64,000 nucleotides of DNA from Octopus vulgaris (Eukaryota), in assembly GCA_951406725.2 (NCBI GenBank), contig OX597826.1, positions 78,864,001 through 78,928,000 on the forward strand, written 5' to 3'. Position 1 is the first letter of the stretch; each line of letters opens with the position of its first letter. Below are positions 29,086 to 42,628 of the stretch, piece by piece. The translations under genes and the position numbers were made by a program. The notes under the pieces were generated by a model. The model made no database searches. It was not told the DNA's origin and saw only the letters and a list, made by a program, of their open reading frames with translations.

Positions 29086-29917
29086 GAATAATCTCAGATT
29101 CCTTATGACCAAAACACATCACCATCAACCGTGATGTGTACATCTCAGACTTGTCAATGAAACACCAGCAACCGACATTTCAGAGGTCATCACTTGTGAA
29201 GCTAAGTGGTGGTGGCTCCGAATACAAAATATTCAACAAATTAAGGAAAATTACCTAATTATTAATCAAGTTCATTTCGCAACCACGTGGTTTCGGATTC
29301 AGCCTCACTACAAGACACCTTAGGCTATAACCCTGGGTCAACTAACACCGAGTGAATTTGGACGGAAACTGTGCGGAAGCCTCCTATCGTGTGCGTTTGT
29401 CAGTTTCTTCTCCCCCCCCCCCCAACCACCTACAGCTTGACACCAGGTCAGGCAGAAGTGATGCATTCGACTAAACCCTTTAAAGCAGTGTTTCCAGCAT
29501 GGCTGCAGTCTATTGACTGAAACTAGTAAAAGATACCCCCCCCCCCAAAAAAATATGATTTGTTAGACTGGGGAAAAGGAGTATGTTTTTAAGCCCTTTT
29601 CAACCTTTGTTTTTAAGTCCCTGTGTATGCATTCAGCAGATTGTACAGAAACCCCAGATCTGTCCCCACAACTTTGAATTTGAAATTGTAGAGCAGTTTT
29701 GAAAAAAAGATTAGTTCAAGATTAATTAGAATTGCAGAAATGTTAATTAATACTCTGGTTTTAAAAGGTCAATACAGGCGTGGCTGTGTGGGAAGAAGCT
29801 TGCTTCCCAACCACACAGTTCTAGGTTCAGTCCCACTGCATGGCATCTCAGGCGTCTTCTACCATAGCCTCAGGCTGACCAAAGTCTTGGGTGGAATTGG
29901 CAGACGGAAACTGAAAG

Positions 29918-30227
29918 CCTATCATGTAGGTGTGTGTGTGTACTCCATCACTTGACAACCGCTGTTGGTGTGCTTACGTCCCTATAAATTAACAGTTCAG
30001 CAAAAGAGACCGAGAGAATAATTTCTAGGCTTACAAAGAAAATGTCCTGGGGTTGATTTCTTCAACTAAAAACCCTTAGTTGAAGAAATCAACCCCAGGA
30101 CATTTTCTTTGTAAGCCTAGAAATTATTCTCTCGGTCTCTTTTGCTGAACTGTTAATTTATAGGGACGTAAGCACACCAACAGCGGTTGTCAAGTGATGG
30201 AGTACACACACACATCTACATGATAGG
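29918..30227. repeat. Near-perfect palindrome: 152-bp arms, 6-nt loop, derived from SINE family B
   Basis: 29918-30069 is the reverse complement of 30076-30227 with one mismatch seen; loop aaaccc. Confidence 0.95.
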
Positions 30228-30259
30228 GTTGCAGGCAAACGACTGAAACAGATAAAAGG

Positions 30260-30530
30260 TTATAGGCCCTGGCCTCCGTGCCGGTGGCACATAAAAAAAC
30301 ACCATCCAAGCGTGGCCGTTCGCCAGCCTCGTCTGGCACCTGTGTCGGTGGCACATAAAAAGCACCAACTACACTCACGGAGTGGTTGGCATTAGGAAGG
30401 GCATCCAGCTGTAGAAACACTGCCAGATCTGACTGGCCTGGTGCAGCCTTCTGGCTTCCCAGACCCCAGTTGAACCGTCCAACCCATGCTAGCATGGAAA
30501 GCAGACGCTAAACGATGGTGATGATGATTA
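30260..30530 (+). mobile_element. Family D element (RTE-tail-like short retroposon)
   Basis: ggagtggttggcattaggaagggcatccagctgtagaaac...ccaacccatgctagcatggaaa..(gat)n, shared with copies at 28525, 42200, 56580, 61740 and 62970. Confidence 0.75.
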
Positions 30531-33500
30531 AAAGGGAGCACTGATAACAAGCTGACACTGATCTCCCAGCACAAGATGTGAAATGGGATTTGTCACAAAA
30601 GTGTATCAGGAGTTTTGCTCTGGCACATGCCGAGGGGCCTTTCAGAAAGTCCATTCTCTTTGGCTAATTTCCAATCATCAACCAATGAGCAATACTTTGG
30701 CATTCAGCTGTCTTTGAGATTTTTGTCTTACTCATTTTCGCCTTCTCTTTGTTGCATGGTATGTTGTTTTAGATTTTGCCAATATTTGTAACAGATCTCC
30801 AGTCAGAATTATAACCTATTCCTTGTATTACAGAGGACTGAGAAATAATCAATTGAGCAAATTCCTTCTTGCACGTGTAACATTAACTTGCCAAGGTGCC
30901 ATGCACTGGGACTGAACCTGAAACCACATTGCTGTGAAGCAAGCTTCTTACTTACACAGCCAAGCCTAGATGGGAGGTGTGGTACAGAGAAAGACAGGAA
31001 GCCAAGCATGAAGTTGATCAGGTTTCATAGCATGACCAATAAGCGTGACAGATTCAGCTGTGGGGATATCATTACAAATATACTGAACCATTTCACTTCA
31101 AAAGGGAAAATAATCCAATTTACTGCAGCAAAAATAGATTTCAGCAACACTGACCAATGGAATAAAACATTTGTTTCTTCGAAAAGTTCTTGAGTTTTAA
31201 GTTACCAATTCTAAATATTATCGTCCAACCCATGCTAGCATGGAAAGCGGACGTTAAACGATGATGATGGACTTTAATTTTGCTTATACAGCACACCTTT
31301 ATATGCTGTATCTACTTGTACACTTAAGGACCGCAATTACACCTTACAATTTTGACACCATAAAAACTAAACCCATTCTTGGCTATATTTTCAAGCCCAA
31401 TTCCAAGTAAACCCGCTTTGCAGTATCCAATCCATTTATCTATTTCGAAAGTAAAACAACTTTATCAAAACGATGACACTGTCAATTAGCTGCTTTCAGT
31501 ATAAACTACAGAGCACTGCATAAGAAGCCTACAGTTAATTAGAAGACAATGTAAAATCGATTTTACACACTACTTTTTCAGGAGCTTTCTTGCAGCAGAT
31601 CTTAATCAGCCAGCAGCACACCCCTCTCCCCCTCCTGACAGCCAGTTTTATATCCTGTCGACAACTTGTCTTGGCATGCCTCAAATTTTCTGGAAAGTAA
31701 TCTTCAATAACTGCAGAGCATTAATGGACCTTGAATCTTTTGCGGTCAGATTACTCTGCCAAATATAATACTTTTTTCATTCAAATTGTTTTAAAATCAT
31801 TATGCATTATTTTGTAGCTTCAAAATTTATGTGATTGTATATTTCAGAATGGCATTGAAGGATAGGTGTGATAAGCAGGATCTGGCAGGTTAGACCATAA
31901 AACAGGAAGCATATTTGGGTGGGATATACCCAGTTTAAATGCTAGAGAGTTAATATTCAAAGCAGGCCCAATTGACTTAAGCTTGACAAGTTCTTGACAG
32001 AAACTAAAACAAAAACCTCACACAGGTCTCAGTGCTGTCTCCTGTAACACTAAAATGGGGATCTTTTAGCTCTGATATAATGGAACCATACAAAATAGGA
32101 AAGTTTTTTTTATCCTTGCTTCACATTTTCCCATTCTCAGGCCAGAGATTTTGCGGCATAATTAGCCTGAATCAGATGTAGCTACATCAACTGACCTCAG
32201 CTCACATACTGAAAAAACCAGATTAATAATTACCTTCTATCAAAATAAATCAATTAATTAATTTACAGCTAATAGAACAAATTTAATGAGCACCCTAGAA
32301 TAGAACTAAGGCTCCATAATGTAAGGTGTAACCAGCAATCCATAACTTCAACAGGTAAACAGATCAGACTATAAAAGGAAAGACAAGATCTCCAAAGGTG
32401 AAACTGCCAAACAGTATGATTAGAATCAATGCCCCAAGAATGGGTCCAACTTTTTAAGAAATCGAAATGCATTTGGCCAGTGTAATCCAAATTCTGAAGT
32501 TTACCAAAATCAAAAAAAAGAAAAAAAAAAGTTCGGTTCCACTGATTTTAACAAAAATAAAGCAATCAGTATTTTAAATATTTAAAATAATCAAGAATTT
32601 GAAAGGTTTAGCAAAATATTTTTATTATTATTTTTTTTATTGGTAATATTAAGCTGGTGTTTGGAATACAACTTAATAAAATAAAAGATTCTTACATAAG
32701 CCTTTATCTACTAAAATCTTGGTGATATTTCGAATTCTTGACCAATATCTTATATTACATGAAAGATAGCAATTTAAAATGAGCAGTCTGGGGTCGGATA
32801 GTAAACATGAGGGGGCTGGTATCAAAAGGGTTAAGAAGAAGAAACAAAATACATGTCACCGACAGAATTGCAGGGTGGTATGATGAATAGAGTTGTGGCT
32901 TCATTTAAAAAGATCCCTGCTAAGCAATGAAAAGCTGAATCAGCCGATTTACAGATAAGGTACTGGAAGCAGTAGGAACTTGGTGGAATCCACCTTCGAT
33001 ATAAATTAATCAAATACCCGCATTAGTTAAGATGATAAACAGGAAAAGCACTGGAGTCGTTTTTTCTATCACCTTAAAACCATTTATGAAGTAATTAAGG
33101 CCTTCCATTTGGCTCCCAGTAAGTTACTGTATATTACTTTACCTTACATGTTTCTGGACATCCAATGCTAAAAATCAGAAATGGATCAAAACATCTGCTT
33201 TTATAATTTATTCTAAATTTCCTAAGCGAAGCAAAGCCTCTTAATTTCATAACTCCTTTCAACACAACCAGTCACTGAATCTCAAAACAGATTACTTTTA
33301 GAATTACATGGTTTCCATTTTAAGGGGAGGGTGGCTTTCTTTTGTTCCAATTCGGCATATGGTATTACATCTTGACCAGTAACCGTGGTATGTTGAGAAG
33401 TTCACTTTTATTTTTTTCTGACAAGCAAAGCAGTGTCAAATGTTATTGGCTCCAACCAAGATGTTACCACTGGATTTACAGGAATTAAATGCAACAAACA

Positions 33501-34504
33501 TTTAATTAAGAAACGGCTGCTAAAATTTAGCAAACAGTTGAGTTATTTTAGAATCAGAGTGCCTGGGCCTGCACTCGCATTTACTGCCAAATATGCAAGA
33601 AAAAGACAAAATATACAACTAACCTCTTCATTTGAACTAACTCAAATGCAAGCCAACGAGGGAAGCTCCACATATCACTTGGCTTGCTAGATACAGTCCC
33701 ACCATCTTAAGGGGCATTGAACAATTGTAATCTGATATGAAAAAAAGACAAGATGGTCATGGCTGGAATGCCTTTCGTTCATGTCAGTTGCGTCAGGGTT
33801 GGAATGAATAAAAGAGTAGCACAAAAACAAGTGTCATCAGATGGAGAAACATTTCAGAGCTGATATTGAGAAGAGCCCAAAGTTTACTTGAAGAGCAAAA
33901 ACTAGGAACAGAAGACTAGGGCAGTCGATTCAGAGCTTCAAACGGAAGGTTGTGTTTTGGCAGGTTTACTTTGGGGTCAGTGTAAAGTGTGGACAGTGAA
34001 GAGTAGTAATGCACTGACCATGGACACTTATAAAACTGACGAAGAGAGAGTAAAAAGGTGATGGGGAGAGGGAGAGAAGATGGAGAGAGAGCGCATCCAT
34101 GTATTAAGTGGCAGAAGTCGACTAAAAGAGAGCAAAATATGTTTGCAATAATTGTAAAAGAAGCAGAAAATGCAACTCTCTGAAAACATCTAGTTTTCAA
34201 TATTAGTTTCAAACCTTGGCACAAGGCCAGCAATTTCTTTTGAGTGGGGCCAGGGAGTCGATTACATCAGCCCCAGTATTCAACTGGTACTTATTTTTAT
34301 CAACCCAAAAAGGAAAGAAAGGCAAAGTCAACCTCATGTTTTTAATATTGTTGGCAATGGTTTTACAGGTAAACAGCTATTGCTCCTCTAACACACCGAC
34401 ATAAAACCATCAGGGCACCAAGGTAGCTTCAGTTTCATTTCAAACCCCACACACGTGAATACCAGTAAGCTACTAAGGTCAGTTACAACTATCCATCCCC
34501 ACTC

Positions 34505-35831
34505 TTTATTGAAGTCACACTACACGCCAAAGAAACCCGAATGTCACGTACCAAATAACATCATTACAGGCAGTGGGTTCAGTACGAAGTTCTCAATAAA
34601 CTTGAATTACTCTACACATCTTGATGCTAATATCTGAAAAAACTGATGCCACAGCTGTTGTTGCTTTGCAGTGACATCAATCACCCCAAGACTGAACCCA
34701 CTGTACTGCGCCTTGGGCATTGCCTGCGGTCTCGGATCAACCAAGATAGCCCAGCTGAAATTTGATGGATTGAAAACCTGGTAGGGTGTACACATGTGGC
34801 TTTGGACTGACAATAAAATGGGGTATTGGGGGGGGGGGGGGGGCACTGGTCGGAAATGGCCAATTGAGGTTTTGCTCTGCCTCAGATGCTTTGCTGTCCA
34901 TCTGGGTGACCTTGTTACATGAACACCACCAGAAGACAAAAAGCAAAGTTGATAGTGCTGCCCCAACATGGCCACATACTTAAAATTCAAAAAGACAAAG
35001 TACAACACACACACACAGAGTAAACGAACAGGTTCTGTCACGTATATATATATATATATATATACCTGGTCCTCTTACCGACGACAGAGAGCCAGTAACT
35101 TTACATACCACCCAGATCTCTGAACCTTTTTGATACCAAATAGAAAAGAAATGATGAATGACAAATGTGCCAAGTGATGACAAAACTAAAATGGAGAATA
35201 TATAAACAAGACAATATCTAAAATGTTAAAGACCTGAAGACAAAAGCAAGGGAACATTAATCAGATTTTATTTTGTGGAAAAATGATTAGAAAGTACATA
35301 TATGAGAGTAGCTTAAAATGATTCTAAAATGACTAAATGAAAGTGGTGCTGTGGTGGTTTGGTTGGGTTTTCCATTTTGTTTTTCTTTCTTTCCCATTTC
35401 ATTGTCCTTAATGTATGTTGTGTATGCATGTGGGTGTGGGTGTGTGTGTGTGTGCTTGTGGGTGTGTGGTGTGTGTGAGTGTGTGTTCAGTTTTGAAATT
35501 TTTTTTTTGTCTTTTTTTTACTTTTACACCAAAGTGGTGCCGTATATTAACCGGCAGTTCATGGATGCTAATCACTGTGTCGCCAGCAGACAGAGACAAA
35601 CACGAAAAAACAAAGTGACAAGAGAACGAGGGAGGGAGAGAGAGAGAGAGAGAAAAGAGACAAAACAATGACTAGCAACAATAATAGCGGCTTCCCATTC
35701 GAAAAAAAAAAAAAGGAAAAAAAAAGGAACAAAGATGGGCTGCCGGCACAGTGGAGGAGGAGGAGGTGGTGGAGGAGAAGGAGCCAAGAGAGAACTCAAC
35801 AAGTACAGAATGATGAAACATGACCACTAGT
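34505..35831 (-). other. Putative SUMO 3' UTR with candidate poly(A) signals AATAAA at 35267-35272 and 34505-34510
   Basis: Follows the stop codon and lacks recognisable SINEs. Two minus-strand AATAAA hexamers; the distal one is followed by a GU-rich tract. Confidence 0.45.
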
Positions 35832-35900
35832 TCAGCAATCTGTCCCACCACCGGTCTGTTGCTGGAACACATCTATTGTGTCATTATCTTCCATTTCCAA
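35832..35900 (-). CDS. SUMO: SUMO coding exon 4 (LEMEDNDTIDVFQQQTGGGTDC*)
   Basis: ttttcag|TTG acceptor; QQQTGG di-glycine motif plus 4-residue extension; TGA at 35834-35832. Confidence 0.96.
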   Translation of the reverse strand: MEMEDNDTIDVFQQQTGGGTDC

Positions 35901-35944
35901 CTGAAAACAAGACAAAAAAAATACATTTATTTTTCTTTCGATAC

Positions 35945-36061
<117 letters not shown>

Positions 36062-36237
36062 AAAATAAAATTAAAACTGCCTCGGTTATTTTTTGCTTTT
36101 TTTTTTTTACATTGATTGCATGTAATAATTTCATAAAATTATCTTCATATTACATTAACAGGTATTTGCCTCCAGCCATGACCAACAACTCAGAACATTG
36201 TAAACTAGTCAACCTGACAGTCACTCGATGGAATAAA

Positions 36238-36581
36238 TCTCTCTATATATATATATATAAAACAGCAAAATGTGAGCGTGTGTCCTTTATACAAATCCAC
36301 AATTTTTTAGTTAGAGGGCTCGCACTTTCTATGGTCATTCAAAACCGTCCAAGGGTGGTCGTGCACATCTTTACATTTCCCCAGTCACCCCACAAAGCCA
36401 TTAAAAAAAATCAATAGAAGTGACTTTTTTGTGAATTTTCTATCCAAAACCCAATCAAAATGACCGAAAGTTGATATGCCAATTGAATGCCAGCTAGCTG
36501 TATGTGATTCGTCGGAGATTTGGACAGTACTCGCATGTATGTGCACACGCACGCAGCTGTATATGCATGCACTAGCACTAG
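36238..36581 (+). mobile_element. Non-autonomous Helitron in SUMO intron 3 (3' hairpin deleted)
   Basis: Same body as 22047-22415; A|TC start; ends gcactagcactag|t. Confidence 0.8.
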
Positions 36582-37092
36582 TGATAGTATTAAATACACC
36601 AATAATTAGCAGAAAAGGAAAATTATAAACAGGCTTGAAACCCTCAACTAAGGCACTTCATAACAAAAATGTCTTATTTCTTTATTTCTTATTGCATAAC
36701 AAAAATGTCTGCATGTCTGTCTATCTTGCAGACATACATCAACACCAGAATTTTTTTTTTCTTCTTTTAAATCTGCAGTAAACAACCACAAACCTGACAT
36801 GTAAATAATTTTGCTGTCAAACTTGACAAAACAACCTAGCAGGTAACAACCATAGCTTTTGAGAAAATTCCTACAAATTTAAAGAAAGCCATTGTTTGAT
36901 CATCTTATGTAAAGCACACTACCATAAGCTTACATTATTTATGAGGCTGACTCAGACTTGAAGAACTATCATCCAGACTTGTGGTTTAGCAAGCTATAAA
37001 ATTACAAGCTACATCAATACAGAAATATATGGATTTACAAAGATGACTAAATTAAACAAGTTGCCTTCAAAGTAATTTAATAATTCATTTAC

Positions 37093-37164
37093 CTGTGAAG
37101 GTGTGTCTTTCTCTCCGATTGCCTGCCCATCAAACATGAACCGCACCGAACCTGGCCGAACACC
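37093..37164 (-). CDS. SUMO: SUMO coding exon 3 (GVRPGSVRFMFDGQAIGEKDTPSQ)
   Basis: tttccag|GGT acceptor and CAG|gtaaat donor; 72 bp; RFxFDG...DTP SUMO motif. Confidence 0.96.
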
Positions 37165-37655
37165 CTGGAAACAGTAGAAAAAAAAATTAATATTAATAAC
37201 ACATTGAAAGCAACCCACTTCTTCCCAGCTATATATGCTTAATACACCAAAGCCAAAGAAAGCCACCCTCTCAACACTTGGCCATCAAAGTTGCAGATAC
37301 TCAGCCATTTCTACCCAATTTTGAAGTAAAGGTAGTAAGTAGCTATCGATCTGAGTGATTATAATCATTGTAGATGACTCTCTCCAGATCAGCCCTAATC
37401 AAGGGACACAGATACACAGTGAGGACATGAAATGTAAGGTAGCCGGAGGAGGGGGGGTATGTGGCATAATGTGAAGGTGATTGAAGAAGCAGACATTTCA
37501 TCAAAACAAGTCAGAATCAAAGTGGCCTGCAATTTGCAGAATGGTACTTCTTCCATAAGACAATGCAGACTAATTAATCCATAGCATTTTTAGAAGTAAG
37601 CACAATCAGCAGATCAACAGGTATGAATCATCACAAAATAAAATTTATAGATTAA

Positions 37656-37875
37656 CCCTTTCGTTACCAACGCAGCTGAAACAGGCTCTGGATCCGAGTA
37701 CAAATGTCTTGTTTTCATAAATTTTGAATTAAAATCTTCCACCAAACCTTAGTCACAATTTATGTTCCTAACACTAGCTTAATGATAACTAAGTTATTTT
37801 ACTAAATTCTTTGTTATATCTAAAATAATTGAAAGAAACATAGAGCATCTCAAAATAAATACTGTAATGAAAGGG
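37656..37875. mobile_element. piggyBac-type MITE
   Basis: TTAA|CCCTTTCGTTAC...GTAATGAAAGGG|TTAA: TTAA target duplication and CCC/GGG termini. Confidence 0.85.
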
Positions 37876-38196
37876 TTAATTTGAAAAGATTAAAAATGTC
37901 ACATGTTAACATTTCTACATGAGGTGGACCAAGCAACAAACTGCAGGAAGGGGTCGGGATTACAAATAAACGATTTTTAGGAATAGAAAGAAATTACTGA
38001 TATTCTATTTATTCAACATGAACTAAGCTCTGCAACCAAATTCCAAACTAAACTGTATCTTTTAGAGATGCTGCCAATTACAATTATTTTAAGTTGGATT
38101 GTTTCAGATGGGCAAATTATCAGGTTTTATTAATTACTGAAATGACAACTATTTCAAGTGAAGACTAGGGACTGAGAGTTATGAATATATATTTAA

Positions 38197-38360
38197 CCCT
38201 TTAGCATCCAGATTATTCTGTCAAATGTAAGGCTTATTTATCCACATTGTCTGGAATTTATCATGCATTGTCTTGTAGCTTTGAGATTTCAATGATGACA
38301 TCTGAACATACAACAGGAAGAATATTTTGGCCAGACACAGTTGGTTTAAATGCTAAACGG
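38197..38360. mobile_element. piggyBac-type MITE (second family)
   Basis: TTAA|CCCTTTAGCAT...ATGCTAAACGG|TTAA; related decayed copy at ~31735-31953. Confidence 0.75.
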
Positions 38361-38744
38361 TTAAACTGGTTTTTTTCCAGCATTTTCTTGAAGTAATATC
38401 CACTTGTTCTTAAAATTACTAATTTCAGTTTAATTAAAAATATAATTATAGCAAAACCACCCAGATTCTCACATAATACCATAAGGATATAACTGTATAA
38501 GTAACCACAACTGTTGCTGTGTCTTTAAACCACATCGTATCACAGGTATTGGTTAAGGGTATTAAAAAATTTAAGAACTAGACACCATTCTGTACAAGAA
38601 ATAAAGTTTAGCATCATTTCAGAAAGGACTGTCAAAAGCCTTCCTGTTTTAACCAAGTGTTTTTTGGGGTTTTTTTTCCAAAACATCATAGCAATTAATA
38701 CCTTAAGTGGAGAATTAAGATTCGGTAATGTCATTAATAAAATT

Positions 38745-39150
38745 AAGGTGACAAACTGGTAGAATCATTAGTGCAGACAAAATGCTTAGCTACATTTCAT
38801 ATATCTTCAAATTCCACCAAGGTCAACTTTGCTTTTCATGCTTTCATGCTTGATACAAAATTAGTACAAGTCATGTACTGGAGGTCAAAGTAATTGACTT
38901 ATCCACAACCCCCCGCTCTCCTGAACTTGCTGGTCTGGTGCCAAGATTTTGAAACCATTATTTATGAAAATAATGGTAGCAAGCTGGCAGAATCATTGGT
39001 GAACCAGGTAAAATGCTTAGCGACATTTCATCCATCTTGATAATCTGAACTCAAATACCACCAAGGTTGACTTTGCCTTTCAAAGTCAGTAAACAAAGTA
39101 CCAGTTGAACAAGGGGTGGGGGTTCAATGTAATCAAATTCCCCCTCCCCA
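38745..39150 (+). mobile_element. Two CpG-decayed SINE family A copies
   Basis: Family A consensus with CG changed to TG/CA (ttccaccaaggtcaactttgc). Confidence 0.7.
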
Positions 39151-39702
39151 CAAAATTTTTTAAATCATTTATTAAATGAAAATAATCAGTGATATTTCAG
39201 TGTCACCTGTACACACCAGCTGTATGATGCTGGGATTTATCAAGTGTTGGCAGAAAGGGAAGATACGTAGTTGATAATAGCACTGATGTTTTTGTTAGTG
39301 ATGTAGACCCTGCAAAAAAGGTTTTGACACAGGATGAGCACTGAGACCTCAAGTTATGCACATTAAAAGGGTAACGCTATCTTCATGCAATGAGAGTCAG
39401 AGACAACTGGAACAGAATTTCAGCTCCTAAACAGGATATCTAAGCCCAGGAACCAAAGCCTTGTACATTTATGTGAAACACCTACAATGTAATCAAATTA
39501 CAGCATTCATCCTGCCTGGGTAGGTGAAAATGACAAATATTTTCACCATATACACCAGCAATTGAATTGTTTCAAAAAGTTTTATCTAAATTCAAGAAAT
39601 AGTTTAAATTTTCATTAATATTTTGAAGATTTATACACTAGTCTAACAGTATTTTATGAAAATTTCTACAGAGAAAGCACTATAGAAATTCTCAAAGTTA
39701 AG

Positions 39703-40842
39703 GATTCACCAAGTCTGACATTCAACAGTCCAGTTTATTACAAAGATAAAGGACTCAAAAACAAATATTCAACAAAGTCTGAGTTACCTAAATACTAAAA
39801 TAGGTACGGTTAGATTTATGTGTAAATCTAGCATATATTTCCATATTGTCTTAAAGACAATATCTAAAATATCAGGAAACAAAAACCAAAATCTTTCTTT
39901 TATATGAAAATTAGTCTACAAGGTAGCTAATAGTTTTCTACAGTTCAATTTTCTTTTAGCTCAACTCCCCACAGCCTAGATTTACACATGGGAATCTAGT
40001 ATTTCCATAATTGTCTGGATTGATTCACTAACATTTTCAGATTTGATATTCTTATGGCAAAAAAAAAAAAAAGTATTTCGAAAAATGAAATTATTCAAGA
40101 ATTAAACAATTTTAAGCCATTAATTTTATACATTAAAACAGTAACTATATAATTGATATTTTCTAAATAGCTGCACAAAGTAATGAGGGAATATATCAGC
40201 TTGAATATGTTCAGGACATCTTTGAGTCTGCAGAAGCCTTTTCACATCAGCTTAGTGTGGAGACAAAAAAAAAAAAACTCTTGCTTTAGTTAAAAAGATG
40301 TCAACCTAAAGCAAGAATTTTTCTCTGGCAAACAGCAGTGAAAAAGTCTTTACAGGTTTTTGTGTCACAAACACAGCTGAACTTACCTAAAGACGGTGCT
40401 TATTACAAACTTAATTAAAAAAAAACATTGATTTCTTGACCTAAATCTCCATTTTTTTCTGGCACTGATTAAAAAAAAAAAAACCAGGAGTGACAAAATT
40501 TCAAACCAACTCCTTTAGTTATGCTATAAACGTACAAAAACATTTATTTTACTTCTAGAAATTGGAACTAATCTGCACACAAAACACTAATTTTCTTGCT
40601 TAGAACTCCTTTCTCCATGCTAGAGTTATTTTTCTTCTTACAAGTATAATTGCATAATATTTAAAAAAAAAAAAAAAAAAAACATTCTGTTCAGAATCCC
40701 ATGCTGACTCAACTAGAAAGTAAGGGACATTTTAACATTTCATGTTCGTTCAGCACTAGATGACAGCAAAGTTATTATACTCAAAACCAGGTGCACTTTA
40801 CTCTGAGAACACATGTTTAACATTTTCAAGATTTGAACTCAC
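39703..40842 (+). repeat. Arm 1 of a ~1.14 kb inverted duplication (in SUMO intron 2)
   Basis: Reverse complement aligns along its length with 55411-56545. Confidence 0.93.
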
Positions 40843-42199
40843 CATTAATCAAAGACTAAAAAAAAAAATTCAAAACAATACTGCAGAATTTTAGACAATG
40901 GTACCACTCTGCCAGTGAAAGAGTGTAAAATATTACTGGTACAAAACAGTGACTCCCAACCAGGGTCCATAAGATTTAGTCGTTAAAAATTATTTGCAAT
41001 AAATAAGTTATACTTCTACAATACAATGTTTGAATTTTTTATGTAAATCCTAATATATTTAATTATAGAAATATAATGGGGCTTTTTTAAACTTCAAATG
41101 GCTCTGGGGATCCATTAGAGTGAAACAGGAACCAAAGGAATCCAGAGGCAGGAACAAAACAGCTAAGACCCACTGGTTGATGTTACTTTAGCACCCAATA
41201 TTTTATGAGCTATGAAATTACCCAATCTGAGTTAGGGTCACATTGCACAGGAAGTGACCAGGAAGACCACACAGTTAGTGACCCATAATATTGTCTAGTA
41301 GGAAGATGGATGAACAAAGTTGATCTTAACAGAATGAAAAGCATGGCTAAATAATAGCAGCATTCTTTTAGGGGTTTCAGTCATTGAACAGCTATGTTGG
41401 GACACTGCTTTCAATGGGTTTAGTCATTTCGATTGATCCCAATATTTTGTGTGGTACTTATTTTACCCAGCCCTACACTGCATGGTACCTTTGGACAAGT
41501 GTCCCCTACAGCCTCAAGTTGACCTGTACCACGAATAAAATTTGGTCAGAAACTATGCAGAAGTTGTGTGTCCATCCATTTACACCAATCTAAAAAGAAA
41601 AAAAGAACAATGCTTACGCTGTGCCTCTTTATGTCCAATAACTTTGCAGTTCAACAAAGCGATGAAGAAAATAAGGGCAACATAGAAATAAGTTGTAGGG
41701 CCAACACAACTGGATTCATGGAAGCTGGCACTGCAGCACCTCTGCAGTCCAATGACAACCAGTTTGGGACTAGAAGTCATTATAATTTGATACTGAAAGG
41801 AGTCAACTATTTTATTAATCTTGAAGGCAAACACACCGTGGGACATTAGCAATCAAATCAAGATGTTCTGGGTACTAATGACTAGCAATAAGGAAGGTTT
41901 CTGGGAATAAGATATATTAGTCAGTGCTATGGTTGATACAAGTAGCCAATCGGTTGCGATAATACTGATTATCCCATCTTTGCTACTATTTCTAGTAATT
42001 TGAGAATCATGTAGAGCAGGCATGGGGAACCTTTCAAAAGGAGCAGATTGGCAGGAGACATTGTTCATCATCAGGTGGGTGGAGCCACACTACTAAAAGA
42101 TCCAAGGTAAAATCTTCATTAGGCACCATTCAGAAAGTTCTGTGGGTCACGTTTGACATGAAGGGACAGACAGGCTCCATCATAAACATTCATTTATGT

Positions 42200-42400
42200 A
42201 AAAAGCACCAATCCGATCGTGGCTGTTGCCAGCCTCGCCTGGTCCCTGTGCTGGTGGCACTTTAAAAGCACCCACTACGGAGTGGTTGGCGTTAGGAAGG
42301 GCATCCAGCTGTAGAAACCGTGCCAGATCAGACTGGAGCCTGGTGTAGCCTCCTGGCTTCCCAGACCCCGGTTGAACCGTCCAACCTGTGCTAAACGATA
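42200..42400 (+). mobile_element. Family D element
   Basis: Family D consensus. Confidence 0.75.
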
Positions 42401-42496
42401 AGATCTTGTGAAGATATATTTCAGCATGGCATTTAAAACAGCTTTAAATCAAGAAAGAAAATAAAAAGAGAAAGTGTTAAAACCAAAAATGCTTAC

Positions 42497-42628
42497 GGCT
42501 CTTTCCACATAGGCGCTCATTAACTTCTTTAACGCTGTGTGCTTTCTGATTTTAAAATGAACTACACTACCATCCTGGCCAACCACTTTCAAATTGACAT
42601 GTTCACTGTCCATTTTTACCTCATCAAC
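42497..42628 (-). CDS. SUMO: SUMO coding exon 2 ([44 protein letters not shown])
   Basis: ctttccag|GTT acceptor and GCC|gtaagc donor; 132 bp, phase 0; clear SUMO2/3 similarity (INLKVAGQDGSVVQFKIK). Confidence 0.96.

Noticed and set aside
35835-35846. Prenylation signal in the SUMO tail
   Set aside because: Cys is the last residue (GTDC), not in a CaaX position, and the tail is removed on maturation.
39703-40842. Intronic snoRNA inside the duplicated arm
   Set aside because: No convincing C/D box pair with a terminal stem, and no H/ACA layout found by eye.
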